The translations under genes and the position numbers were made by a program. From contig CBFGIT010000012.1 of NCBI GenBank assembly GCA_965648905.1, positions 1 through 64,000 of the forward strand: a stretch of DNA of 64,000 nucleotides, in the 5' to 3' direction. The notes beneath the pieces were generated by a model. That model was not told where the DNA came from, did no database searches, and saw nothing but the letters and a program-made list of their open reading frames with translations. Positions within the stretch are counted from its first letter, which is position 1. Every line of letters starts with the position of its first letter. This DNA comes from a candidate division WOR-3 bacterium. GTDB taxonomy: Bacteria; Hydrothermota; Tepidihabitantia; Tepidihabitantales; Tepidihabitantaceae. Shown piece by piece: positions 48,372 to 57,484 of the stretch.

Positions 48372-49164
48372 CGCCAGGCTGCTCTCTGGCCCTGCCTTCG
48401 AGCCGGGCCAGGTTGTCCTTGACCACCCGTGCCGATCTCGGGTCAGCCACCGTGTCGACAAGTGACAAGGCCAGCCGGAATGACTCCAAGGCATGCGTCG
48501 AGTCCTTCAGCACCTGATAGGCAACGCCCAGGTTGTTAGCGAGCAGTGATGACCAGTTTGGCCCGGTGGCCGCCGTACCCGGTTGCGGGAGGGAGTTCAG
48601 TGCCTTCTGGTAGTAAGGGACGCAACTATCGGCGAATCCATGGCTCTGAAACAAGAAGCCGATGCTGAACGCCAGCCATGGGCTCAGCTCGCTGGCACCT
48701 GTCACGGCCGCATCAAAGCCCAGACGGAACTCGCGCAGAGCCCAGTCCGGACTCGCAGCCTGGTTGTAGCAGTATCCGGCGAAACCGTGCAGGGCCGCTG
48801 CCTCAGCGGGCTGGGCGTTCTTGATTAGTCGCCTGGTCTGGGTAACAGCGTCGTGCCAGCGACCTTGAGCGGCGAGCGTCTCAGCGGTTGTGAGCCTGAG
48901 TTTGATCTCGGCCGGGAAGAGTGCAAGCGTGGCTGAGTCGAGCGAGACGTCGCCGAGTAGCCGCGTAACTGCCGCCAGGTCGGTCTCGGTGCGGGACAGC
49001 ACCGGGACCGGACCGGGCTCCGCAGGAGGGCGGCAGAGAGAGCGTGACAGTACGAGCAGTACGCCTACGGCCACCAGTCCGAGCACGCCCCACTGAACGT
49101 ACGAACTGGGAATGCGGAACTTCTTCTTTGGTCGTTCCTTGCGAATGCTTCGGTAGCTTGGCAC
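48325..49164 (-). CDS. membrane-anchored TPR-like protein
   Basis: Basic N-terminus, one TM helix, TPR-like helices (LANNLGVAYQ). Confidence 0.7.
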   Translation of the reverse strand: MPSYRSIRKERPKKKFRIPSSYVQWGVLGLVAVGVLLVLSRSLCRPPAEPGPVPVLSRTETDLAAVTRLLGDVSLDSATLALFPAEIKLRLTTAETLAAQGRWHDAVTQTRRLIKNAQPAEAAALHGFAGYCYNQAASPDWALREFRLGFDAAVTGASELSPWLAFSIGFLFQSHGFADSCVPYYQKALNSLPQPGTAATGPNWSSLLANNLGVAYQVLKDSTHALESFRLALSLVDTVADPRSARVVKDNLARLEGRAREQPGVRPEAGRMGQHQSSR

Positions 49165-49318
49165 AGTGCATCATATCAGTCTGTCCACGACTGTCAACGC
49201 ACGCGGCGCAGCATCTGGGGATATTCTGCCGAGTTGTGCGGCCAGGAATTCGGGTTGGTTTCATGCCGCATCCTCATGCCGGAACAATGTGCACAGTCAT
49301 GCCGTTCGTCGTTTTTTC

Positions 49319-49346
49319 TTGACATCTGGAGAGTGGTCGCTATTCT
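49319..49346 (+). promoter_or_regulatory. sigma70 promoter of the hydrogenase operon (leaderless)
   Basis: TTGACA-N16-TATTCT, 8 nt before GTG 49355. Confidence 0.6.
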
Positions 49347-49354
49347 TCCTGCGC

Positions 49355-50386
49355 GTGAGCAGATTCACTCTGCCCATAAAGGCGAGAGACCAGTGGCTCG
49401 GCAAGCTGCTGGAGCGGTTCGCGGTCTTCGTCCCTGTGGTCAGTAAGGACCGCGTGCATTGGCATCGCCTGGTGCCAACTGACCTCGGCAAGGCCGAGGA
49501 TTGTCTGACACCGGCTCTTGTCCGCATCCGAGCGGCAGAGCCGGTGAAGTCTTTTCTGTTCCAGCCGCGTCAGTACGTTGCGTCGATGCCAGCCAGTGAG
49601 ATGCCGGTTGGTGACAAGCCGCGTCTGCTTATCGGGGCGAAGAGTTGTGACCTGGTACCGCTCAAGGTGCACGACCGGATACTGGGTGAAGGTCAGTTCG
49701 CCGACCCGTTCTACAGCGCCGAGCGTCGCCGGACTATGATTATCGCGGCAGACTGCCCAACACCTGAGGATTCCTGTTTCTGCAATCTGCTCGGTGGGCA
49801 ACCGTATGCCCAGGATGGCGTGGATGTGACCCTTGCCGTCGTCGATGGCTGTTATCTGCTGGAGAGCCAGACGCCCGAGGGCGAAGAATTGTTGAATGTC
49901 GACTCGTCCCTGATGCAACCTGCAACTGAAGCACAAATGACAACCAGGACCGATTCCCGCAAGGCCGCAGTTGAGACGCTGGGCCGGCTGAATCCCAAGC
50001 CACTGAATCCCGACCTGCCCAGAGCTGTGGCTGACCGGCTTGGTGATGAGCAGTTCTGGACCAGGCATGCTGCAGGCTGCGTAGAGTGCTATGGTTGTCT
50101 GATGGGGTGCCCTACCTGTTATTGCTTTCTCCTGTATGACAAGGCAAAGGAAGTCGGGTTGGAGCGGACCCGGGTCTGGGACGCGTGTTACGAGGCTGCC
50201 TATGCCCGAGTCGGCGGCGGTGCGAACCCGCGCGCCGAATTCCTCAAGCGGTTCGCCAACCGGTTCGATTGCAAGTTTAGCCAGTTCAAGAACGACCACG
50301 GGTTCTACGCCTGTTCTGGTTGCGGCCGTTGTTTCCGGGCCTGCATGGGCAAGATTGACATCAGAAAGGTGCTGGCCGAGTTGTGA
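49355..50386 (+). CDS. AsrA/sulfhydrogenase-beta-like 4Fe-4S protein
   Basis: GAKSCD, CFC, CVECYGCLMGCPTCYCF, RVWDAC, CSGCGRCFRAC. Confidence 0.88.
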   Translation: MSRFTLPIKARDQWLGKLLERFAVFVPVVSKDRVHWHRLVPTDLGKAEDCLTPALVRIRAAEPVKSFLFQPRQYVASMPASEMPVGDKPRLLIGAKSCDLVPLKVHDRILGEGQFADPFYSAERRRTMIIAADCPTPEDSCFCNLLGGQPYAQDGVDVTLAVVDGCYLLESQTPEGEELLNVDSSLMQPATEAQMTTRTDSRKAAVETLGRLNPKPLNPDLPRAVADRLGDEQFWTRHAAGCVECYGCLMGCPTCYCFLLYDKAKEVGLERTRVWDACYEAAYARVGGGANPRAEFLKRFANRFDCKFSQFKNDHGFYACSGCGRCFRACMGKIDIRKVLAEL

Positions 50387-51198
50387 GCAACCCGTACCAG
50401 CCGATTCCGGCCCGGATTCTCGAGACCCATGACGAGACTTCGAACATCAGAACGTTCAAGCTCAAGCCCGAGCAGGAGATACCGTTTCTCGCCGGCCAGT
50501 TCGTCGAGCTGACCGTGCCCGGATTCGGCGAGGCCCCGTTTACGCCCTCTTCCTCGCATTTCGAGCGCGAGACGTTTGACATGACGATCATGAAGGTCGG
50601 TCGCGCTACCAGTGCATTGTTTGGTCTGAAACCCGGAGACACGGTCGGTGTGCGTGGGCCATATGGGCAGCGCTACCCGTTGGAGAAGTTCGAAGGCAAG
50701 GACATCTACATTGTCGGCGGCGGCGTAGGGCTTGCTCCGCTGCGGGCGCTGTTTCTCGCGCTGGTCCATGAGATTGGCAAGTACCAGCGCATCTTCCTGC
50801 GCTATGGCGCACGTACTCCTCAGGACATTGTCTACAAGCACCTGCTGCCCGAGTGGCAGAAGATTCCCAAAGTCGACATTGACCTGTCGGTCGACGTCAG
50901 TGACGAGAAGTGGATGAAGAAGGTCGGTGTCGTTACCTGCTTGATGGACGAGATACCATGTGACGAGAAGACGAGCATCGCGGTCGTTTGCGGTCCGCCC
51001 ATCATGATGAAGTTTGTGAACCAGAAGCTGCTCGATGCCGGGTTCCAGCCTGAGAACATCTACTTGTCGATGGAGACCAACATGTCCTGTGGCGTGGGTC
51101 AGTGTCGGCATTGCCGGCTTGGGCCGTACTTGACCTGCAAAGACGGGCCGGTCTTGACCTGGGCACAGATAAAGGACATCGAGGAGCCATTCATCTGA
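50383..51198 (+). CDS. AsrB/sulfhydrogenase-gamma-like FAD/NAD(P)-binding 2Fe-2S subunit
   Basis: AGQF, GEAPF, RGPYG, GGGVGLAPLR, CGPP, MSCGVGQCRHC..C.DGPV. Confidence 0.92.
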   Translation: MSNPYQPIPARILETHDETSNIRTFKLKPEQEIPFLAGQFVELTVPGFGEAPFTPSSSHFERETFDMTIMKVGRATSALFGLKPGDTVGVRGPYGQRYPLEKFEGKDIYIVGGGVGLAPLRALFLALVHEIGKYQRIFLRYGARTPQDIVYKHLLPEWQKIPKVDIDLSVDVSDEKWMKKVGVVTCLMDEIPCDEKTSIAVVCGPPIMMKFVNQKLLDAGFQPENIYLSMETNMSCGVGQCRHCRLGPYLTCKDGPVLTWAQIKDIEEPFI

Positions 51199-52835
51199 TG
51201 CAGGCCACGCGTACTACCTGCCCGTTCTGCCTTAACGGCTGTACCGCGGGCGTGGACTGGAACGGCGTCGAACACAAGATGCACTATTTCCCCGACGCCG
51301 AGGTCAATCGGGGCAGGCTTTGTCCTCGCGGCAACAGTGCCAACATCGTTATTGACCACCGCGAGCGATTGTGTCGGCCACAGTTTGACGGGCGGGATAT
51401 CACCTGGCCTGAAGCTGAGGCACTGGTACGTAGCTGGCTTTCGCAGACCAAGCCTGAGGACCTGGCAATCGTCTACAGCCGGGCACGTTCAGTGGGCGAG
51501 GTCCGCCGCATGCACGGCTTGGCGCGGGAGCTGGGTACGCCCAACCTTGTCTGCGGTCACATTGAGCCGGAGAACAGCTTCAACCACCGGCTCGAAGGTG
51601 TCGCCGATGCCACCCTGGCCCAGGTCGAGGCCAGTCGCGCCATGCTGCTCGTTGGAGACGTGTTCAGCACCTCGCCGGTTGCGAGCTGGCGCATTCTCGA
51701 CGCGCGCTATGCTGACCGCAAGAACCGCCTGGTGGTTATCGACTCTATCCGGACGCGGCAGGCTGGGTTTGCTCACATGTTCGTCCAGGTCAAGCCGGGC
51801 ACCGAGCCTCTTGCGCTCGTGGCACTGGCGGCTTTGATTGACCCGAAGGGATTGCCGGGTGTTGACGCGGACCGGTTGGCGAGTGTGGCGGGCACAAGCC
51901 GCGATGCACTCGGCGCGGCCGCGGCGATGCTCAAACCCGAAGTCCCCGGATTCGTCGGTAGCGCGATGCACCCGGGCAGGGCTTTTCATCCGACGCTGCA
52001 CAGTCTTGCAAGTCAGTTGGTTGCCAGAGCCGCGAACAAGCCTTTTATCGGTTTCCGCGAAACCGGTCTGCCGCCTGGGCCGATGCGGTTTGCTGAACTG
52101 CGCAAGGCAATGAGCGAAGGCAGGATCAGGATGCTCTTCTGGACCGGCGGTCTGTTCCCCTATAGCTACTCTGAGTTGCTTCCGGAATTGAGCAAGGTCG
52201 AGCATCTTGTTGCGACGTCGATATTCAGGCCGGACCCGCCGGTGCCGGGTCTAGTCCTGCCCTTGACCGCAGAGCTTGAGCGGGCGTCGGTCGGCAGTTC
52301 CTACTGGGGGCCGGTCGAGCGCTCAGCCCTGGCCTCGCCGCTGAGCGGAACCCGGGAGTTCGGCCAGGTGCTTGACTGGTTCGGCAGAGCGGCGGAGGCG
52401 GACGAGATTCCAGCTAAGCCGGCATCGGTGAGCGAAGTCGTTGTGCTGGCGCAGAAGGCAGCGGGCTTCTTTCGTGATAATGCTGAATGGTTGCTCGTCG
52501 GTGAGAAGAAAGCCATTGGCCTGCGCGGGTTTCATGACCCGGAAGACACCGTGCTCGTCAACCGGTCCGACGCGGCCAGACTGCATGCCAATGACGCCAG
52601 TTTTGTGAAGGTCAAGAGCCTGAGTGCAGAAGTCGAGTTTCGGGTCCACGTGACCGACGCGGTGCCAGCCGGTGTGCTGGCGGTCGGCGTAAATGTGCAC
52701 CGTAACCGCGCCTTGTTCCCACTGGCAGTTGATGAGCTCACCGGCGATGTTACGGTTACGCCGGTTTCGGTGTCGGTTGAGAAGACAGCCCGGGTTCCCA
52801 CGGCTGGGAGCGAGAATCTCTCGGTGTGGTCGTGA
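51198..52835 (+). CDS. molybdopterin-oxidoreductase-fold (NuoG/FDH-like) subunit
   Basis: CPFCLNGC...NRGRLCPRG 4Fe-4S motif and C-terminal molybdopterin-dinucleotide barrel; short (545 aa) with no recognisable Mo-ligand region. Confidence 0.8.
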   Translation: MQATRTTCPFCLNGCTAGVDWNGVEHKMHYFPDAEVNRGRLCPRGNSANIVIDHRERLCRPQFDGRDITWPEAEALVRSWLSQTKPEDLAIVYSRARSVGEVRRMHGLARELGTPNLVCGHIEPENSFNHRLEGVADATLAQVEASRAMLLVGDVFSTSPVASWRILDARYADRKNRLVVIDSIRTRQAGFAHMFVQVKPGTEPLALVALAALIDPKGLPGVDADRLASVAGTSRDALGAAAAMLKPEVPGFVGSAMHPGRAFHPTLHSLASQLVARAANKPFIGFRETGLPPGPMRFAELRKAMSEGRIRMLFWTGGLFPYSYSELLPELSKVEHLVATSIFRPDPPVPGLVLPLTAELERASVGSSYWGPVERSALASPLSGTREFGQVLDWFGRAAEADEIPAKPASVSEVVVLAQKAAGFFRDNAEWLLVGEKKAIGLRGFHDPEDTVLVNRSDAARLHANDASFVKVKSLSAEVEFRVHVTDAVPAGVLAVGVNVHRNRALFPLAVDELTGDVTVTPVSVSVEKTARVPTAGSENLSVWS

Positions 52836-53296
52836 AGCGCATTGTTCTTCGGCTGGACTACTGTATCGGCTGCCGGTCGTGCGAGGCGGCCTGCCGAAGC
52901 CGGTTCAAGGGCGAGGCGAGGATCGGCGTTGCCGAATTGAATTCCACAACCCTGCTCGCCCAGGGCTGCCGCCATTGCGACGAACCGCTGTGTGCGGCGG
53001 CGTGTCCGTTCCAGGTGATTGTCCGTAACCCGGAGACCGGGATTGTACGCAAATCCGACTTCCATTGCGTCGGCTGCCGGTCGTGCACGCTCGCCTGTCC
53101 GTTCGGAGTTATTGAGCCCGGACTTGTGCGTCACATGTCCCAGAAGTGCACCTTGTGCAGCGACCGCCCTGAAGGGCCGCGCTGCGTCACCTCGTGTCCG
53201 ACCGGTGCCCTGCAGTTCGTCGAGGAGCCTGAAAAGCCGGAGAAACGAACCGGAGCCCGCTACTTGTCACGCCATGCCCACTGGAGGAGAACATGA
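52832..53296 (+). CDS. 4x[4Fe-4S] ferredoxin-like subunit (HycB/DmsB type)
   Basis: CIGCRSCEAAC, CRHCDEPLCAAACP, CVGCRSCTLACP, KCTLC...PRCVTSCP. Confidence 0.9.
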   Translation: MKRIVLRLDYCIGCRSCEAACRSRFKGEARIGVAELNSTTLLAQGCRHCDEPLCAAACPFQVIVRNPETGIVRKSDFHCVGCRSCTLACPFGVIEPGLVRHMSQKCTLCSDRPEGPRCVTSCPTGALQFVEEPEKPEKRTGARYLSRHAHWRRT

Positions 53297-54222
53297 TTGG
53301 CTGGACCGGGTGGAAGCTCGCATTCGCTTTCCTTGTGTTCCCGGGCTTTCTGTTCAGCGCCGTGGTCGGCATGGTGCTGACCTGGGTTGACCGGTTTGTG
53401 TCGGCTCGGGTCCAGTGGCGCAAAGGGCCGCCGTTCTATCAGCCGTTCGCGGACTTTCTGAAGCTGATGCTCAAGCAGACTGTCGTGCCTGACGGGGCAG
53501 CCCGGACCACTTTCCTGCTCGCACCGCTGCTCGGCCTGGTGGCGATGTGCCTGACCGCAGTGATGCTGTTCTACGCCAACTTCTTCCCGTACATATCTTT
53601 TGCCGGCGACCTGATTGTGCTGGTGTACCTGTTCGCGCTGCCGCCGCTGGCGCTGATACTCGGGGCGTCGGCATCGCGGAACCCTCTGTCTGCGGTCGGG
53701 GCTTCGCGTGAGATGACGCTCTACCTCGGATACGAACTACCGTTTCTCTTGGCGCTTGCCGTGCCGGTCATCAGGAGCCATGGAGCGTTTCGCATCGGTG
53801 ACCTCGTGCTCGCTCAGCAGGCTTCGGGGCCTTTCCTTAATTCGATATCCGGCGTTATCGCCGCCGTCATCGTCCTGATTTGCATTCAGGCCAAACTTGG
53901 GTATCCTCCGTTCGACATTGCTGAAGCTGAACAGGAAATCATGTCCGGAGTACTGATTGAATACTCGGGCGCGCCGCTGGCCGCGTTCCGGCTGGCGCGG
54001 GCGATGATGCTTCTACTGCTGCCCTTGTTTCTTGTTACTCTCTTCTGGGGCGGGTTGGTGAGCTGGTGGGCGGTTCTTAAGTTTCTACTCGTTGTCGTCT
54101 TGGTTGTGCTCATCAAGAACACCAATCCGAGGCTCAAGATTGACCACGCGCTGCGGTTCTTCTGGTTGATACTCGCGCCGCTGGGCGTGGCGGCGGTGGT
54201 TCTGGCGTTCGCAGGACTATGA
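53293..54222 (+). CDS. hydrogenase membrane anchor (NuoH/MbhM/HycD family)
   Basis: RKGPPFYQPFADFLKL, PFDIAEAEQE, EYSG, NPRLK. Confidence 0.92.
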   Translation: MIGWTGWKLAFAFLVFPGFLFSAVVGMVLTWVDRFVSARVQWRKGPPFYQPFADFLKLMLKQTVVPDGAARTTFLLAPLLGLVAMCLTAVMLFYANFFPYISFAGDLIVLVYLFALPPLALILGASASRNPLSAVGASREMTLYLGYELPFLLALAVPVIRSHGAFRIGDLVLAQQASGPFLNSISGVIAAVIVLICIQAKLGYPPFDIAEAEQEIMSGVLIEYSGAPLAAFRLARAMMLLLLPLFLVTLFWGGLVSWWAVLKFLLVVVLVVLIKNTNPRLKIDHALRFFWLILAPLGVAAVVLAFAGL

Positions 54223-54635
54223 AAGACGCGCGCATCTGGGGTCTGAAGAAGTCGCCGTGGGTGTATCACCTGGCCGCAGCACCGTGTAACAACTGCGACA
54301 TCGAGATACTGGAGCTTCTGACCCCGCGCTACGACGTCGAGCGGTTTGGAGTTGTACTCGTGGGCTCGCCGCGTCATGCCGATGCGCTGCTCGTGACCGG
54401 TGTGCTGAATCGCAAGTCCCTGCCTCGGGTGCTCGAAGTCTACGAGCAGACACCGAAGCCCTGTCTCGTGATCGGCATCGGTACGTGCGCCTGCGGCAAG
54501 CAGATTTTCCGCAATTCCTACAATGTCGTTGGTCCATATGACAAGTACATGCCGGTGCACGCGTACATCCCGGGCTGTCCGCCCAAGCCTGAAGCAATGC
54601 TGCTCGGGGTTGTGAAGGCGTTGAGTAAGCTATGA
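54219..54635 (+). CDS. group 4 [NiFe]-hydrogenase small subunit (NuoB/MbhJ family)
   Basis: CNNCDIE, SPRHAD, GTCA, PGCPPKP. Confidence 0.92.
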   Translation: MKDARIWGLKKSPWVYHLAAAPCNNCDIEILELLTPRYDVERFGVVLVGSPRHADALLVTGVLNRKSLPRVLEVYEQTPKPCLVIGIGTCACGKQIFRNSYNVVGPYDKYMPVHAYIPGCPPKPEAMLLGVVKALSKL

Positions 54636-55084
54636 GAGAAGCCGAAGCCAAGCTGAAGCAGCTCGTACCAGTGGCCGACGTGTACGAGCACAATCCGCGG
54701 CGGCTGTACATTAGGATACCGCGCGAGCGGCTGACCGAAGCAGCCAAGTTGCTGCACCGGGAGTTTGGCATGCGGCTCTCGATCTGCACCGGCATCGACA
54801 CCCGCGACGGGTTCGAGGTGCTGTATCACTTTTCGGACGACAAGGCCGGGACGATGTACACGCTTAAGGTTCTGGCGCCGAAAGATGACCCGCGGATTGA
54901 ATCGCAGGCGACCTGGTTTCCGGCCGCAGATTGGATTGAGCGTGAGATGCACGAGCTCCTCGGCATCGAATTCCCGGGACACCCCAATCTGATACCTCTG
55001 CTAACATCCGACGCCGACTGGGAAGGCGGCAAGTACCCGCTGCGACGGGATTACGAGCGCAGGAACGAGGCTCATGAGCGATAG
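54632..55084 (+). CDS. NuoC/MbhK family subunit
   Basis: EVLYHF, ADWIEREMHELLGIEFPGHP, YPLRRD. Confidence 0.9.
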   Translation: MREAEAKLKQLVPVADVYEHNPRRLYIRIPRERLTEAAKLLHREFGMRLSICTGIDTRDGFEVLYHFSDDKAGTMYTLKVLAPKDDPRIESQATWFPAADWIEREMHELLGIEFPGHPNLIPLLTSDADWEGGKYPLRRDYERRNEAHER

Positions 55085-56252
55085 GCGCATCGTCCCGATC
55101 GGTCCGTATCACCCGCTACAGGAGGAACCGGAGTTTTTCAAGCTGATTGTCGAGGGCGAGAAGGTCGTGGACCTGGAGATAAACCTTGGCTACAATCATC
55201 GGGGGCATGAGTTCATCTCGCCTGAGCTGACCTACGACCAGATCCCGTTCCTGGTCGAGCGGATCTGCGGCATTTGCTCAAACTCCCATCCGCTTGCCTG
55301 CGTGCTGGCGGTCGAGGATTGTGCCGGCATCAAACCGCCACCCCGGGCCGACTACATTCGTTCGATTGTGCATGAGCTGGAGCGGATTCACTCGCACCTG
55401 CTCTGGGTCGGGCTGGCCGGCCACTTCATCGGCTACAACACGGTCTGGATGTGGGCATGGCGGTACCGCGAACACATTCTTGAGGTGTTCGAGATGATTA
55501 CCGGCAACAGGAACCACTACGCGGCGAACAAGCCGGGCGGCGTCAGGCGCGATATCAAGCCCGAGCAGGTTCCGCAGATACTTGCGGCATTGGACTTGGC
55601 CGAAAAGAAGACGATGATGCTGACCAAAGCGGTACTCGACGACCCGGTCATCCGCTCGCGCCTTGAGGGTGTGGGGGTGTTGACCCGTGAGCAGGCGATT
55701 GCCTATTCGGTTACCGGGCCGACGGCTCGTCCGTCGGGCGTCGACATCGACGTGCGGCGCGACGACCCGCACGCCGCCTATGACAAGGTGCCATGGAACG
55801 TCATCGTGCTGACCGAGGGTGACGTGTTCGCCAAGGCCAAGGCGCGGCTTCTGGAGATATTCGAGTCGGTCAAGATCATCAGGGCCTGTCTTAAGGACAT
55901 GCCGGACGGGCCAATTGAGACGAGGATTGACGAAGTGCCGCCGGGCGAGGGCATCGGTCGCACTGAAGCGCCAAGGGGTGAGGTGTTCCACTACATTCGA
56001 TCTGACGGGACGAACCGGCCCCTGCGACACAAGGTGCGGGCACCAAGCTACATGAACATCGCCTCGAATGTGGTTGCTGTGCGAGGCGGCTCGATTGCCG
56101 ACGCGGCCCTGACTCTGGCCGCAGTCGATCCGTGCTACTGCTGCACCGAGCGCATGGCCGCCTTTGAGAATGGACGGCTGAAGTACTCGGGCAAGGACCT
56201 ACTTCGGCTGTCGTGGCAGAGAACCGAGTCCCTGAAAGGCAGGTTCAAGTGA
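55074..56252 (+). CDS. group 4 [NiFe]-hydrogenase large subunit
   Basis: Both Ni-binding motifs intact (ERICGICS and DPCYCCTER); EAPRGE; C-terminal extension. Confidence 0.93.
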   Translation: MSDRRIVPIGPYHPLQEEPEFFKLIVEGEKVVDLEINLGYNHRGHEFISPELTYDQIPFLVERICGICSNSHPLACVLAVEDCAGIKPPPRADYIRSIVHELERIHSHLLWVGLAGHFIGYNTVWMWAWRYREHILEVFEMITGNRNHYAANKPGGVRRDIKPEQVPQILAALDLAEKKTMMLTKAVLDDPVIRSRLEGVGVLTREQAIAYSVTGPTARPSGVDIDVRRDDPHAAYDKVPWNVIVLTEGDVFAKAKARLLEIFESVKIIRACLKDMPDGPIETRIDEVPPGEGIGRTEAPRGEVFHYIRSDGTNRPLRHKVRAPSYMNIASNVVAVRGGSIADAALTLAAVDPCYCCTERMAAFENGRLKYSGKDLLRLSWQRTESLKGRFK

Positions 56253-57484
56253 GTTTCGGGGGCTGGTTCGAGTTCACCGGTGGGGCAATCCATGGCTATG
56301 TCGCAGCCGTGTTCTGCCTGGTTGGCGCGGCTGCGCTGCTGTATTCCCTGGTACGGCTGCGTGGTCGAGGTGCCGGGCTGGTTGAGTACACCGTCTTCTT
56401 GCTCCTGCTTGTTGTGAGTGCGCTCGGCGTGGTCTACGCGCAGAACCTGGTTGTGGTCTTTGCCCTGTGGGAGATTGCTACCTTCGCGCTTTGGCGTCTG
56501 GTCGCCTTTTTCCGGTCCGACGACGACGTGAACGCCGGTGCCTGGGCCTGGTACGTTAACTTCGGCGCCGCGGCAATGATGCTCGTGGGGCTGGCGCTGA
56601 TTCTCGTCGAGAACGGCAGCCTGAACTTCGGCGCGCTGCGTGGTCAGGAAATCACCTGGGCACCGGCCGTGCTCATCTTCATCGGCATTCTCGCTAAGTC
56701 CGCCACTCTGCCGTTGCATGTCTGGCTGCCCAGAGCGTACCGGGCTGCGCCGGCGCCGGTGTGTGCTTTGCTCTCCGGCGTTGCCGAGAACCTTGGTGTC
56801 GTGCTGTTTCTGAAGCTGTTTGTTGCCGCCATGATTCCACCCGTTGGGTTCATGGAAATGGTCGCGGTGCTGGCACTGGTCTCGAGCCTTATGGCCGGCG
56901 GCTTGGCGCTTCAGTCCGGTTCGCTGCGATCAGTGCTTGCTTACTCAACAATCGGGCAGCTTGGATTCATATTCCTGGGGCTGGCGCTGACCGGCTACTA
57001 CGGCCTGCTTGGTGCACTCACCTACCTTGCAGCCCATGCGGTCGCCAAGTCGGGACTCTTCTTCGCCGTGGGCGCGGTTGAAGACGCGACCGGGAAAGTG
57101 GAGCTTCAGGATCTTGGCGGGATGTACCGTAGGGCCCCGGTCCTGGCCGGAGCCACGGGGATGCTGGTGCTTTCGATTGTCGGGCTGCCACCCTTCCTGG
57201 GTTTCTTTGCCAAGCTCGGGGTACTGATTGCCGCGGTCCGGCACAGCCTGGTGCTCGGCCTTGTGGCGGTAGCCGCGGCGCTGTTCACCGTGCTCTACCT
57301 GGCGCGGTTCTATTCTCGCGTCTTCCTCGGCTCGGCGCCCGAACACGAGCTGCAGCCGGTCGGTCTGACTCCCACCGCCATCGCGGTTGTAATGGCGGCG
57401 GTCTCGCTGGCAGCGGGCATTTTCTACTACTTGTCGGTTGGCGTTCTTGAGAAGGGTGTGACTTCTCTCGCCGGGGTAATCTGA
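56249..57484 (+). CDS. antiporter-like membrane subunit (NuoL/M/N, MrpD family)
   Basis: FALWEIAT, KSATLPLHVWLP, LAYSTIGQ, GLPPFLGFFAK. Confidence 0.88.
   Translation: MSFGGWFEFTGGAIHGYVAAVFCLVGAAALLYSLVRLRGRGAGLVEYTVFLLLLVVSALGVVYAQNLVVVFALWEIATFALWRLVAFFRSDDDVNAGAWAWYVNFGAAAMMLVGLALILVENGSLNFGALRGQEITWAPAVLIFIGILAKSATLPLHVWLPRAYRAAPAPVCALLSGVAENLGVVLFLKLFVAAMIPPVGFMEMVAVLALVSSLMAGGLALQSGSLRSVLAYSTIGQLGFIFLGLALTGYYGLLGALTYLAAHAVAKSGLFFAVGAVEDATGKVELQDLGGMYRRAPVLAGATGMLVLSIVGLPPFLGFFAKLGVLIAAVRHSLVLGLVAVAAALFTVLYLARFYSRVFLGSAPEHELQPVGLTPTAIAVVMAAVSLAAGIFYYLSVGVLEKGVTSLAGVI

Noticed and set aside
51198..52835. Selenocysteine formate dehydrogenase
   Set aside because: No in-frame TGA and no FDH active-site motif
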